Shown here one piece after another: positions 37,781 through 48,900 of a DNA stretch of 64,000 nucleotides (positions within the stretch are counted from its first letter, which is position 1; every line of letters begins with the position of its first letter). Made by a program: the position numbers and the translations under genes. The notes beneath the pieces are model-generated. The model did not search any database. It was not told the origin of the DNA and saw only the letters and a program-made list of their open reading frames with translations. This DNA is from Dehalococcoidia bacterium (lineage in GTDB: Bacteria; Chloroflexota; Dehalococcoidia; Bin125), in the NCBI GenBank assembly GCA_963663235.2, contig CAXXNO010000006.1:128001-192000 (forward strand), written 5' to 3'.

Positions 37781-39106
37781 TCAGCGCGGGGTGCGGGTGG
37801 CCGGCGGCGGCGGCGCTCCGGGGTGGCGCGGCGGCTTCGCGAACGCAATCAAGACGGCGGCGAGCAGGTAGGCGCCCACGAAGGCGAGAAAGGCCAGGTC
37901 GTAGGAGCCACGGCTGTCGAACACGACGCCCGCGAGCACCGGCCCGGCGGCGTTGAAGCCGAACTGTACGGGGGCCATTGCCCCGCGGATCGCCCCGACC
38001 GACCAGCGGCCGAAGTAGTCGGGGAAGATGACCTGGGTAAGGGGAAGCATCGCCCCGAAGGCCAGGCCGTGCCAGATAGCGAAGAGGTAGGCCATCCAGG
38101 CGTTCTCGATGAGGACGAGCCAGCCGATGGCGATCGCGATCACGACCATGCTCGCCGGTAAGGCCGCGCGAACCGGCAGGCGCTGCCGGAGCTCGCCGCC
38201 GAAGATGCCGCCGACCACGCCCATGGCGGCCCAGACAGTGATGACGGTGATGGCGGTGGTCTGGCCCAAGCCGTTGTCCTGCAGATGCGGGACGATGCTC
38301 AGGTTGACCGCACCGCCGACAAGGAAGATCTGGCTGGTCCCGAACAGGAGCAGCCAGAAAGCGCGGGTGTGCACCGCCTGACGGACGCTCCAGCGCGGGT
38401 CGGCGTCGGCAGAATCTGGGACGGCCCCTCCGTCGGCGGGGGGGAGGGGAGCGGGGTCGCCATCGGGCCGGAGGCCCAAGTCCTCGGGGCGGCGTCGCAC
38501 GAACAGCCAAGGCGGGACCACACCTAGGACCAGCACCAGCACGCCGAGAGCAAGGAAGGCGGCGCGCCAGTCCGCCAGCGACAAGAAGAGGAGCACGATC
38601 AGAGGCATCAGCACGCCAGCGCCGCGAACGCCCACCAAGGTGACACCGGTGGCGCGCCCACGATTGCGGATGAACCAATTCGCGATCACCACCGTGATGG
38701 CCAAGTTGGTGAGGCCGATCACGACCGCGCGCCCGATGGAGAAGAGCACGTAGAACTGCCAGATCTCTTGCACGGCGCTGAGCAGGAGGAGGCAGATCCC
38801 GATCAGCAGGACGGCCACCGTGAGGAAGGCGCGTGCGCCGTGGCGGTCGATGCGGGAGCCGATCAGCGGCGCCAAGACGGCGCCGCACAAGGTTCCGATG
38901 GAGAGCGCGACACCGATCTCGGTGCGGCTCCACCCGAAATCCTCCTGGAGCGGGCCGATGAAGACGCCGAGGACGGGATTGAAGAACGCCACCTGGGAGA
39001 AGGCGACCAGGGTTACGGCGCCCACGACCCACCAGCCGCGGTAGGTCTCGGAGCGGCGCTGCGTGAAGCGGGTGGGGATGAGCGACCGGCCGGAGCTGCT
39101 CGGCAT
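37781..39106 (-). CDS. MFS transporter
   Basis: About 12 TM segments; GS.IDRHGAR, WF.R.RGRA.G and DYFGR motifs. Confidence 0.93.
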   Translation of the reverse strand: MPSSSGRSLIPTRFTQRRSETYRGWWVVGAVTLVAFSQVAFFNPVLGVFIGPLQEDFGWSRTEIGVALSIGTLCGAVLAPLIGSRIDRHGARAFLTVAVLLIGICLLLLSAVQEIWQFYVLFSIGRAVVIGLTNLAITVVIANWFIRNRGRATGVTLVGVRGAGVLMPLIVLLFLSLADWRAAFLALGVLVLVLGVVPPWLFVRRRPEDLGLRPDGDPAPLPPADGGAVPDSADADPRWSVRQAVHTRAFWLLLFGTSQIFLVGGAVNLSIVPHLQDNGLGQTTAITVITVWAAMGVVGGIFGGELRQRLPVRAALPASMVVIAIAIGWLVLIENAWMAYLFAIWHGLAFGAMLPLTQVIFPDYFGRWSVGAIRGAMAPVQFGFNAAGPVLAGVVFDSRGSYDLAFLAFVGAYLLAAVLIAFAKPPRHPGAPPPPATRTPR

Positions 39107-39254
39107 AGACCCTCGACGTGCAGTGGCCCCACCTTAGCCAGAGGCCCTCGCAGCCACCAGGCAGTTGCCGTTGTCAGGAGGAGGCCCGGATAATGGCAAC
39201 GCAACCCCCACGAGGCTCGCTGGGTCCAACGAGCGCAGCAAGAAAGATCCCGCA

Positions 39255-40178
39255 ATGCGATGCCGGCCGTTGTCGCTGTTTGCCATCGCCGTGGTGGGGG
39301 GCGCGTTGATCATGGCGTGCGGCGGCGGAGACGACGAGGGCGAGCAGGCAGAGAGCGATCAAGCGACAGCGCCACTGCAGGACGGGGCAGAGGCTGCGGC
39401 GCGCGACGTCGAGAGCGTGTCCGATGCGGGCGTCGTGGAGGCGGACGAGCCAGACGGCACATCGAATCCCCAAGCACAGGAGCCGCCGGAGCCGCCACCG
39501 CTGGAGGTTTTCGAGGAGATCGACTTCGACAGCCTCTTCGGTGAAGGCTTGCAGGTCGTGCCACTGGGGAACCTGGAGAGCTACCGGTATACGTTTGCGT
39601 TCACGAGCGTGGGTACGGATCCGAGATTCCCGGGGCTGGTCGAGCTCACGATCAACTCGGAGGGTAAATCGGTGGGGGCCCGCCTGCATGCAACGTGCAC
39701 CGGGTCGCTGTTCGGGCTGGCGATCGACGAAGAGGTGATCATCATCGGAGAGCAGGCCTGGATTCGGAGCGGCTTGAACGGCGGCGGATTCATGATGGGG
39801 CGTCCCCGGCTCTGCACGCCCGATCGCACGCCGGCCGGGTTCGGCACCGCCAACCTCCTCGACACGTACGAGCAGCTACCGGGTGAGGGAACAGCGGAGA
39901 CGGTCAACGGCGTGGACACCGTTCACTTCACGCTGGACGAAACCGCCCTAGCGGAGCTGGGCGGGATCGGTGATGCGTTGGGTGACTTCGACTCGGATGA
40001 TATCCTCGAGGACCTGATGTTCACGCTCGACGCTTGGCTGGCCGAGGACGGGGGCTGGCTGGTGAAGATCGAGATAGCGGGGGAGAGCAGCAACGCGGAA
40101 GGCGGGTTCTTCAGCACCGTCATGTCGTTGGAGGTGTTCGACATAAACTCGGGCGACATCCGAATCGAAGCGCCGTAG
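39255..40178 (+). CDS. Lipoprotein (LppX/LprAFG-like fold)
   Basis: Lipobox LIMA-CGGG; L.SYRY, ETVNGVDTVHF and FDINS..I.IEAP patterns. Confidence 0.75.
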   Translation: MRCRPLSLFAIAVVGGALIMACGGGDDEGEQAESDQATAPLQDGAEAAARDVESVSDAGVVEADEPDGTSNPQAQEPPEPPPLEVFEEIDFDSLFGEGLQVVPLGNLESYRYTFAFTSVGTDPRFPGLVELTINSEGKSVGARLHATCTGSLFGLAIDEEVIIIGEQAWIRSGLNGGGFMMGRPRLCTPDRTPAGFGTANLLDTYEQLPGEGTAETVNGVDTVHFTLDETALAELGGIGDALGDFDSDDILEDLMFTLDAWLAEDGGWLVKIEIAGESSNAEGGFFSTVMSLEVFDINSGDIRIEAP

Positions 40179-40187
40179 GAGGTCGCG

Positions 40188-41423
40188 ATGGCGGGTCCGC
40201 TTTTGGGAGTGCGGGTGCTGGACCTGACCTGGGTGCTGGCGGGGCCGTACGCGTCCATGATCCTCTGCGACCTCGGGGCCGACGTCGTGAAGATCGAGCG
40301 GCCGCCGGACGGCGACGTGGCGCGGACGACGGGGCCGTTCATCAACAACGAGAGCGCGTACTTCCAGAGCATCAACCGGGGCAAGCGCAGCATGGCGATC
40401 GATCTGCGGAGCGAACGGGGCAAGGCGCTGTTCCTCGACCTGGCCGAGCGCGCAGACGTGGTGATGGAGAACTTCAGGCCGGGCGCGATGGAGCGGTTGG
40501 GGCTGGGGTACGAGGCGCTCGCGCAGCGGAACCCTCGCCTGATCTATGCGGCGACGTCCGGGTTCGGCTACACAGGGCCGCTGAAGGAGAAGCCGGCGCT
40601 GGACATCATCGTGCAGGGGATGGGCGGCGTGATGAGCATCACGGGCTATCCCGACGGGCCGCCGGCGCGGCCGGGGACGTCGATCGGGGACATCAGCGCG
40701 GGGCTGTACACAGCCGTGGGAGTGCTGGCGGCGTTGCGCGAGCGTGAGCAGAGCGGGCAGGGGCAGATGGTGGACGTGAGCATGCTGGATTGCCAGATCG
40801 CCATCCTGGAGAACGCCGTCGTGCGCTACTTCGCCACAGGCGAAGAGCCGCAGCGGCTGGGGACGCGGCATCCGTCGGCCACGCCGTTTCAAGCGTTCCC
40901 GACGGCCGATGGCTGGATCGTGCTGGCGCTGGCGTGGGGGGTGGAGAACCAGTGGGCGCTGTTGTGCTCGGCGCTGGAGCGGGTGGACCTGATCGACGAT
41001 CCGCGCTTCGACACGTCGTACAAGCGCACGCAGAACCACGCGGAGCTGGAACCGCTGCTGTTCGAGGCGATGCAGAAGAAGAAGAGCGCGGAATGGCTGG
41101 CGATCTTCGAGAAGTATGACATGCCATCAGGGCCGTTGAACACGATCGGACAGGCGGTGGAGCAGGAGCAGATCCGGCATCGGGAGATGATCACCGAAGT
41201 CGAACACCCAGTGATGGGACGGCTGAAGATGGCGAACTCGCCGCTGAAGCTATCGCGGACGCCGGGCGGCGTGCGCGGGGCGGGGCCCCTTTACGGGCAG
41301 GACACCACAGCGGTCCTGCAAGAGTGGCTGGAAATGAGCGAGGCCGGTGTGCAGCAGTTGGTGGAAGACGACGTGGTGCAGACCAAGGGCGGCCCGGACA
41401 TCGCCGCGTACCTGCGGGCGTAG
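40188..41423 (+). CDS. CoA transferase family III (CaiB/BaiF)
   Basis: GVRVLDLT.VLAGP, LGADVVKIE, NRGKRS and ENFRPG. Confidence 0.96.
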   Translation: MAGPLLGVRVLDLTWVLAGPYASMILCDLGADVVKIERPPDGDVARTTGPFINNESAYFQSINRGKRSMAIDLRSERGKALFLDLAERADVVMENFRPGAMERLGLGYEALAQRNPRLIYAATSGFGYTGPLKEKPALDIIVQGMGGVMSITGYPDGPPARPGTSIGDISAGLYTAVGVLAALREREQSGQGQMVDVSMLDCQIAILENAVVRYFATGEEPQRLGTRHPSATPFQAFPTADGWIVLALAWGVENQWALLCSALERVDLIDDPRFDTSYKRTQNHAELEPLLFEAMQKKKSAEWLAIFEKYDMPSGPLNTIGQAVEQEQIRHREMITEVEHPVMGRLKMANSPLKLSRTPGGVRGAGPLYGQDTTAVLQEWLEMSEAGVQQLVEDDVVQTKGGPDIAAYLRA

Positions 41424-41426
41424 CCC

Positions 41427-42413
41427 GTGAGCGAATGGGACGACGCCCGCGCACGGGCAAGCGAGATCTACCAAATCACGACGCCCCTCCCGTTCCGCCT
41501 TAACCACGTGCACGCGTACGTGCTGCCGACGGACGAGGGGCTGATCCTGATCGACTCCGGCTTTCCGTCGAAGGAGGGGCGGGAAGGGCTGGCCCGCGGA
41601 TTGCAGGAACGATTCGGCGGAGTGGAGCGGGTGCGGGCGGTGATCGTGACGCACTACCACTCGGACCACATCGGCCAAGCGGGATGGATCCAGCAACAAT
41701 CGGGCGCGGCGGTCTACGTGCACGCCCGGGACTGGAGGCCGCTGCCGGATGTCGGGCGCGACGATGCAGCGGACGAGCCGGAGGAGTTCGGCGGGGATCT
41801 AGCAGCGCACCTCACGCCGGAGTTGCGCGCCTCCTCGCGGGAGCTGCGCGCGCGGTATCAGGGCAAGATCCTGCCGGTGGAGCGGCCCACGCTCGTCCAG
41901 GGCGGCGAGCGGCTGGAGATCGGCGGGAGGCGGTTGGAGCTGGTGTGGACGCCGGGTCACACGCAAGGGCACCTCTGCGTGCGGGAGCTGGACCAGGACA
42001 TCCTGTTCACCGGCGACCACATGCTGGAGCGGATCACGCCGCACGTGGGGACCTGGAGCGCGGGCGAGGGCAACGCGCTGCATCGCTACGAGGAGTCGCT
42101 GGAGCTCGTGGCGCGGCTGAACCCGAAGCTGGCGCTGGGGGCGCATCAAGCCGTCATCGAGCAGCCAGCGGAGCGGGTCCAGGAAATCCGAGCGCACCAC
42201 CAGAAGCGACGCGAGACAGCGCTGAGCGCAATCCAGGATGAAGGGAAGCCGGCGCTGGAAGTGATGGCGGCGATGTTCGGCGAGCTGGAGGACGCGATGC
42301 AGACGTTGCTCGCCGTGTCCGAGACGCACGTGCACCTGGAAGCGCTGATCCTGGAGGAGCGGGCCCGGCGCGAGGACGGCGGCGAGCCACCGCGCTACCA
42401 CGCCATGCAATGA
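41427..42413 (+). CDS. Metallo-beta-lactamase fold hydrolase
   Basis: THYHSDHIG, TPGHTQGH and FTGDH. Confidence 0.93.
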   Translation: MSEWDDARARASEIYQITTPLPFRLNHVHAYVLPTDEGLILIDSGFPSKEGREGLARGLQERFGGVERVRAVIVTHYHSDHIGQAGWIQQQSGAAVYVHARDWRPLPDVGRDDAADEPEEFGGDLAAHLTPELRASSRELRARYQGKILPVERPTLVQGGERLEIGGRRLELVWTPGHTQGHLCVRELDQDILFTGDHMLERITPHVGTWSAGEGNALHRYEESLELVARLNPKLALGAHQAVIEQPAERVQEIRAHHQKRRETALSAIQDEGKPALEVMAAMFGELEDAMQTLLAVSETHVHLEALILEERARREDGGEPPRYHAMQ

Positions 42414-42425
42414 CCGCATGAGCGC

Positions 42426-44078
42426 ATGAGCGCCGCGGAATCCGCCGCAGGCCAAGCCGCCCAGGCCGCGGATCCCAACGAGATCCCCGCCGGGATGCTG
42501 TTGCCTCCGCGGCAGAAGGCGCTCGTGATGGTGGGCGTGATGCTGTCGCTGTTCCTGGCAGCGCTGGACTTCACGATCATGGGTGTGGCGATGCCGCGGG
42601 TCGTGGCGGACTTCGGGCGACTGGACCTATTCGCCTGGCCGATCACCGCGTACATGCTGGCGTCCACCGTGATCGTGCCGGTGGGGGGCAAGCTGTCCGA
42701 CGTCTACGGGCGGCGGCCGCTGTTGCTCATCGGCGTGCTGATCTTCCTGCTGGGATCGGTGTTGGCGGGCGCATCGACGAGCATGTTCCAGCTGATCGGA
42801 TTTCGCGCCGTGCAAGGGATCGGCGGGGGGCTGATCATGGCGAACGCGTTCACCGTGATCGGGGATCTGTTCGCTCCCCAGGAGCGGGGGCGCTGGACGG
42901 GGATCATCAGCGGGACGTTCGCCATCGCCAGCGTCGTGGGGCCGCTGCTGGGTGGCACCCTGACGGATCACCTCTCGTGGCGGTGGGTCTTCTTCATCAA
43001 CATCCCGTTCGGCCTGCTGGCGCTGGCGGTGGTGTACCGCTGGATGCCGTCGTTCCGGCGGGGCCGCGCGGAGGCGGTCGACTATCGAGGAGCGATCGCG
43101 CTCATGCTGGCGGTGGGGACGCTGCTGCTGGGGATCTCCTGGGCCGGAAACCAGTACCCGTGGACGGATGTGCACGTGATCCTGCCGCTGACGCTGGCGG
43201 CGGTGTTCGGAGTGACGTTCGTAGTGCTGGAGCGAGGAGCCGTGAACGCGGTGCTGCCGCTGGGGCTGTTCCGCAACCGCGTGTTCGCGGTGTCGGTGGG
43301 AGTGGGGGCGATCGTGGGCGTGGGGATGTTCGGGGCGATCCAGTTCCTGCCGCTGTTCGTGCAGGGAGCGCAGGGCGCCTCGGCGACGGCCTCGGGCACG
43401 GTAACGATGCCGATGATGGGCGGCGTGGTGATCGGGTCGATCACGACGGGGCAGCTGCTGAGCCGCTACGGGCGCTACCGGCTGCTCGCGCTCATTGGGG
43501 GCGCGGTCATGGTGTTGGGCGCGGGAGCGCTCTCGACGCTGGACGCGGACTCGTCGAAGTCGCTGACGCGCGGGTACATGGCGCTGCTAGGGCTGGGGAT
43601 CGGGACGGCGATGCCGCTGTACAACCTGGCGGTGCAGAACACCCTGTCCTACAGGCAGCTGGGGGTGGGGACGGCCTCGCTGCAGTTCTTCCGGCAGTTG
43701 GGCGGGACCATCGGCGTGGCGGTGTTCGGGTCGCTGTTGGCGTCGGGGTTTGCGCGGGAGTTGAGCAAAGCGTTTCCCGTCGGGTTCGATGATCTGAAGG
43801 AGCGGCCGCAGATCTTGCTGGAGCCGGAGTCGCTGGCGGCGTTCCGGGAATCGGTGGAGGTGGACGCGCCGGGGACATCGACGGTGGTGATCGAGACGGC
43901 GCGCGCGGCGCTGGCCTTCTCGATCACGGATCTGTTCTTCATCGCGGCCGTGGCGATGTTGATCGGGCTGGGGGTGGCGTTCTTCCTGCCGCGGATCCGG
44001 GAGCGGCGGCGGGAGGAGTTGCTGGCGGAGACGCCGGGCCCTCCGCCGCCGCTCGGCGGCATCGGAGGGCCCGGCTAG
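42426..44078 (+). CDS. DHA2/MDR family MFS efflux transporter
   Basis: [27 protein letters not shown] and [12 protein letters not shown]. Confidence 0.95.
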   Translation: MSAAESAAGQAAQAADPNEIPAGMLLPPRQKALVMVGVMLSLFLAALDFTIMGVAMPRVVADFGRLDLFAWPITAYMLASTVIVPVGGKLSDVYGRRPLLLIGVLIFLLGSVLAGASTSMFQLIGFRAVQGIGGGLIMANAFTVIGDLFAPQERGRWTGIISGTFAIASVVGPLLGGTLTDHLSWRWVFFINIPFGLLALAVVYRWMPSFRRGRAEAVDYRGAIALMLAVGTLLLGISWAGNQYPWTDVHVILPLTLAAVFGVTFVVLERGAVNAVLPLGLFRNRVFAVSVGVGAIVGVGMFGAIQFLPLFVQGAQGASATASGTVTMPMMGGVVIGSITTGQLLSRYGRYRLLALIGGAVMVLGAGALSTLDADSSKSLTRGYMALLGLGIGTAMPLYNLAVQNTLSYRQLGVGTASLQFFRQLGGTIGVAVFGSLLASGFARELSKAFPVGFDDLKERPQILLEPESLAAFRESVEVDAPGTSTVVIETARAALAFSITDLFFIAAVAMLIGLGVAFFLPRIRERRREELLAETPGPPPPLGGIGGPG

Positions 44079-44121
44079 CACGTCGCGCGAGGGCGCGTCG
44101 AGCCGACGGAGGCGCAAGAGC

Positions 44122-44451
44122 ATGGCTTACAGCGAGAAGCTCGCAGAGCGCGTTCACGCGATCCTGGACGACGAGCCGCGGCTGGTGGAGCGGAAGATGT
44201 TCGGCGGGATCGCGTTCATGCTGCGCGGGAATATGTGCTGCGGGGTGGTGGGCGAGGACCTGATGGTGCGCGTGGGGCCGGAGGGGTACGAGGCCGCCCT
44301 GGCGCGGCCACAGGCGCGGGAGATGGACTTCACCGGGCGGCCGATGCGGGGCATGGTGTACGTCGCCGCGGCGGGGCTGCAGAGCAAGCGGGCGCTCAAG
44401 AGCTGGGTGGATCGGGGAGCGGCGTACGCGCTGTCGTTGCCGGCGAAGTAG
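44122..44451 (+). CDS. TfoX/Sxy N-terminal domain protein
   Basis: MAY.E.LA.R, ERKMFGG.AFM..GNM and MDFTGRPMRG. Confidence 0.9.
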   Translation: MAYSEKLAERVHAILDDEPRLVERKMFGGIAFMLRGNMCCGVVGEDLMVRVGPEGYEAALARPQAREMDFTGRPMRGMVYVAAAGLQSKRALKSWVDRGAAYALSLPAK

Positions 44452-44467
44452 GGGAGGGGGAGGCGCT

Positions 44468-44500
44468 CCGTTCGTGGTTCGACAGGCTCACCACGAACGG
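44468..44500. repeat. Single REP-like hairpin between convergent genes
   Basis: CCGTTCGTGG-TTCGACAGGCTCA-CCACGAACGG; shares the TTCGAC..GCTCA core with the mosaic family. Confidence 0.8.
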
Positions 44501-44531
44501 AGCGGTGCCTCTCGACGAACGGAGCGTGATT

Positions 44532-45980
44532 CTACGTGCGGACGTAGGGGAGGGTGGTGCGGCCCATGAGGAACTTGTCGATGCCGTGGGCGGCGGCGCG
44601 GCCCTCGGCGATGGCCCAGACGACGAGCGACTGACCGCGGGCCATGTCGCCGGCGGCGAAGACGCCGGGGCGGCTGGTCATCTTCATGCGGTCGACCTTG
44701 ACGTTGCCGCGCCCATCGAGTTCGAGGCCCAGCTGGCCCACGGGGCCATCGTGGTCGGGATGGAGGAAGCCCATCGCCAGGAGGACCAGGTCGCACTCGA
44801 CCGTGAATTCGGCCCCCGGCCGTGGCTCCATGGTCATGCGGCCGTTCTCGTCCGTGGCCCAATCCAGCCGCGCGGCGTGGAGCGCCTGCACGCGGCCATC
44901 GCCGCCGGAGAAGGCGGTGGTGGAGATCGCGTAGTCGCTCTCGCCGCCCTCCTCGTGGGCGGCGGAGGGGTGGAGGACGCGTGACCACTGGGGCCAGGGG
45001 TTGTCCTCGGCGCGATCGAGCGGCGGCTCCGGCAGCAACTCGAACTGCTGGACCGAGAGAGCGCCCTGCCGATGGGCCGTGCCGAGGCAGTCGGCGCCGG
45101 TATCGCCGCCGCCGAGGATGATCACGCGTTTGCCCTGGGCGGTGATGCTGGTCTCGGGGTCGACGCAGAGGCCCTCGCCGCGCAGGTTCTGCTGGGGGAG
45201 GTACTCCATGGCGAAGTAGACGCCGTCCAGGTCGCGGCCGGGGACGGGGAGGTCCCGTGAGACGGTGGAGCCGCCGCAGAGGCAGAGGGCGTCGTACTTG
45301 TCGAGGAGATCCTGGACGGGGAGGTTGTGGCCGACGTGGGCATCCGTCACGAACTGGATGCCTTCTTCGGCCATGATGTCGACGCGCCGCTGGACCAGGG
45401 GCTTGGGGAGCTTGAAGTCGGGGATGCCAAGGCGGAGCAGGCCGCCGATGAGCGGATCGCGCTCGTAGACCGTCACCCGGTGGCCGGCGCGATTGAGCTG
45501 CTGCGCGGCGGCCAAGCCGGCGGGGCCGGAGCCGACGACGGCCACCGACTTGCCGGTGCGCGACGAGGGCGGCTCGGGCTTGATCCAGCCCTCCGCGAAG
45601 CCGCGCTCGGAGATGGCCTTTTCGATGAACTCGATGGTGACGGGGTCATCGTTGATGGCGAGCGTGCAGGAAACCTCGCAGGGGGCGGGACAGATGCGGC
45701 CGGTGAACTCGGGGAAGTTGTTGGTGGCGAGGAGCCGGTGGAGCGCGTCTTCCCAGCGGCCGCGATAGACGAGATCGTTCCACTCCGGGATGAGGTTGCC
45801 CAGGGGGCAGCCCTGATGGCAGAAGGGCACGCCGCAGTCCATGCATCGAGCGCCCTGTTGCTGGACCTGCTCAAGGGGCCATTTCTCGTAGACCTCGAGG
45901 TAGTCGTGGATGCGGTCCTGTACGGGCCGCCTGGACGGGAGCCCCCGCTCGAACTCCATGAAGCCGGTGGTCTTGCCCAT
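44532..45980 (-). CDS. gltD: Glutamate synthase small subunit
   Basis: MGKTTGF.E, RCMDCGVPFC..GCP, NNFPEFTGR.CPAPCE and GGGDTGADC. Confidence 0.98.
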   Translation of the reverse strand: MGKTTGFMEFERGLPSRRPVQDRIHDYLEVYEKWPLEQVQQQGARCMDCGVPFCHQGCPLGNLIPEWNDLVYRGRWEDALHRLLATNNFPEFTGRICPAPCEVSCTLAINDDPVTIEFIEKAISERGFAEGWIKPEPPSSRTGKSVAVVGSGPAGLAAAQQLNRAGHRVTVYERDPLIGGLLRLGIPDFKLPKPLVQRRVDIMAEEGIQFVTDAHVGHNLPVQDLLDKYDALCLCGGSTVSRDLPVPGRDLDGVYFAMEYLPQQNLRGEGLCVDPETSITAQGKRVIILGGGDTGADCLGTAHRQGALSVQQFELLPEPPLDRAEDNPWPQWSRVLHPSAAHEEGGESDYAISTTAFSGGDGRVQALHAARLDWATDENGRMTMEPRPGAEFTVECDLVLLAMGFLHPDHDGPVGQLGLELDGRGNVKVDRMKMTSRPGVFAAGDMARGQSLVVWAIAEGRAAAHGIDKFLMGRTTLPYVRT

Positions 45981-45982
45981 CG

Positions 45983-48900
45983 TCAGGCGGAGGCCGCCGT
46001 CTGTTCCCGGCGAGTGGCGCGCTCCTGGAGCACGCGGCGGTAGTCGCGCGGGAAGACCTTGACGAACTTGGGGCGCAGCGTGTCCCAGCGATCGAGGAGG
46101 CCTTGGGCGTAGCGGCTGCCGGTGTAGCGGACGTGGGTCGCGACCATGTCGCGGAGGATCTCGCGGTCCTCCGGCTCCGCGACCGACTCCAGGGCCACCA
46201 TGTCCAGATTGCAGCGGAGGCGGAAGTCACCGGCCTCATCGAGGACGTAGGCGATGCCGCCGCTCATGCCGGCGGCGAAGTTGCGGCCGGTTGGGCCGAG
46301 GACGACCACGAAGCCGGCGGTCATGTACTCGCAGCCGTGGTCGCCCACACCCTCCACCACCGCGCGTGCGCCGCTGTTGCGGACGGCGAAGCGCTCTCCG
46401 GCGAGGCCGTGGACGTAGATCTCGCCGTCGGTTGCGCCATAGAGCGCGACGTTGCCGATGACGATGTTTTCCTGCGGCACGAAGGTGGCCTCGCGGGGCG
46501 GGGTCACGACGATGCGGCCGCCGGAGAGGCCCTTGGCGATGTAGTCATTGGAATCGCCCTCAAGGTTGAAGACGACCCCGCGGGCGAGCCAAGCGCCGAA
46601 GGACTGGCCAGCGGAGCCACGGAAGTTGACCTGAATCGTGTCGGGCGGGAGGCCCTCCTCGCCGTAGCGCTTGGAGATCTCCGAGCTGAGGATGCCGCCC
46701 ACAGCGCGGTTGTGGTTGCGGATGGGGATATCAAACGTGACGGGGCGCTTCTCATCGATGGCGAGGCGCGCTTGTGCGACGAGTTGGTGGTCCAGAGCCT
46801 TGTCCAAGCCGTGATCCTGGGGCTCACAGCAGTAGGTGGCGACATCGGGCAGAACGTCGGGTCGGTGCAGGAGAGCCGAGAAGTCCAGGCCCGCGCCTTT
46901 CCAGTGGTCGATCGCCTGGCGCGGCTCGAGCCGGTCCACGCGGCCCACCATCTCGTTGACAGTGCGGAAGCCGAGCGCGGCCATGATGGAGCGGAAGTGG
47001 TCAGCGACGAAGAGCATGTAGTTGATCACGTACTCCGGCTTGCCGGCAAAGCGGCGGCGGAGCTCGGGGTCCTGCGTCGCGATGCCGACCGAACAAGCGT
47101 TGAGATGGCACTTGCGCAGCATGATGCAGCCGAGCGTGACGAGCGGAAGGGTGGCGAAGCCGAACTCCTCCGCGCCCAGCAGACAGGCGATGGCGACATC
47201 GCGGCCGGTCTTGAGCTGGCCGTCGGTCTGCACCACGATGCGGCCGCGGAGCCCGTTCATCACGAGGACCTGCTGAGTCTCCGCGACGCCCAACTCCCAG
47301 GGCAGCCCCCCGTGCTTGATGGAGGTCTGCGGCGAAGCGCCGGTGCCACCGGAATCGCCGCTGATCAGGACCACATCGCCGTGGCCCTTGGAGACGCCGG
47401 CGGCGATGGTGCCAACGCCGACCTCGGAGACGAGCTTGACGTGGATGCGCGCGTCGGGGTTGCTGTTCTTGAGGTCGTGGATCAGCTCGGCCAGGTCTTC
47501 GATGGAGTAGATGTCGTGGTGGGGCGGCGGCGAGATCAGCTCGACCCCGGGCATGGAGTGCCGGACGCGGGCGATGGTTTCGTCGACCTTGTAGCCGGGG
47601 AGCTGGCCCCCTTCTCCAGGCTTTGCGCCCTGGGCCATCTTGATCTGGAGGTCGGTTGCGTTGATCAGGTAGTTGCTGTTGACGCCGAAGCGGCCGGAGG
47701 CGACCTGCTTAACGGCGCTCTTGCGGGAATCGCCGTTGGGGTCCAGGACGTAGCGGGCGGGATCCTCGCCGCCCTCGCCGGTGTTGCTCTTGGCACCGAT
47801 GCGGTTCATGGCGATGGCGAGCGTCTCGTGCGCCTCTTTGCTGATGGAGCCGAAGGAAGCGGCGCCGGTGGCGAAGCGCTTGACGATCTCGGAGGCGGGC
47901 TCCACCTCATCGATGGAGAGCGGGCGGGCGGCCTGCTTGAACTCCAGCAGGCCGCGGATGGTGGCGAGCTGTTCCGCGTCGCGGTCGACCATCTCAGCGA
48001 ACTGGAGGTAGAGGTCGTAGCGGTTGCGCTGAGCGGCCTCCTGGATCTTGGCGATGGCGTCCGGATGGAGCATGTGGTGCTCGCCATCGCGCCGCCAGTG
48101 ATAGACGCCGCCCGCGTGGAGATCGAGCGCCTCGGAGATGGCGCGCTCCGGGTAGGCGTGGTCGTGGCGGGCGAGGGCCTCTGTCTCGATCACATCGAGG
48201 CCGATGCCGCCGACGCGGGTGGGCGTCTTGGTGAAGTATTCGTCGACGAGTTCCTGGCCGAGCCCGACGGCCTCGAAGATCTGCGCGCCGCGGTAGCAGG
48301 AGACCGTGGAGATGCCCATCTTGGACATGACCTTGACGATGCCCTTGTCCACGGCAGCGATGTAGCGCCCCTCGGTGATGGCTTGGTCCACGTCGTCGGG
48401 GAGGGCGCCTTGGAGGCGGAGGTCCGCGAGGGTCTCCAAGGCGAGGTAAGGGTTGACGGCTCCCGCGCCGTAGCCGATCAACAGGGCGAAGTGATGCACC
48501 TCGCGCGGCTCGCCGGACTCCATGATCAGATCCACGCTGGTGCGACGTCCTTCGCGGATCAGGTGGTGATGGACGGCGGAGAGCGCGAGGAGGCTGGGGA
48601 TGGGGGCATGGGTGGCGTCGATGCCGCGGTCGGAGAGCACGAGGAGGGTGTAGCCCTGGTCCACGGCGGCGGAGGCGGAGGCGCGGAGGGCGTCCAAGGC
48701 GATCTTGAGCGCGCCGGGGCCGGCCTTGGCATCGAAGAGGGTGGGCAAAGTGGCGCAGCGCAGGCCGGGGTGATCCATCTCCTTGATCTGGGCCAGCTGC
48801 GCGTTGGTGATCACCGGCTGCTTGATCTTGAGCTGTCGGCAATGCTCCGGCGTCTCGTCGAAGAGGTTGCGGCGCGCGCCCAGCAGCGTCTCTGTGGACG

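Noticed and set aside
41427-42413. Antibiotic-resistance calls for the MBL-fold gene and the serine hydrolase at 60906-62018
   Set aside because: Only fold-level motifs; the MBL is cytoplasmic and linked to acyl-CoA metabolism genes; the serine enzyme has divergent SDN/KTG motifs and no clear class A omega-loop Glu
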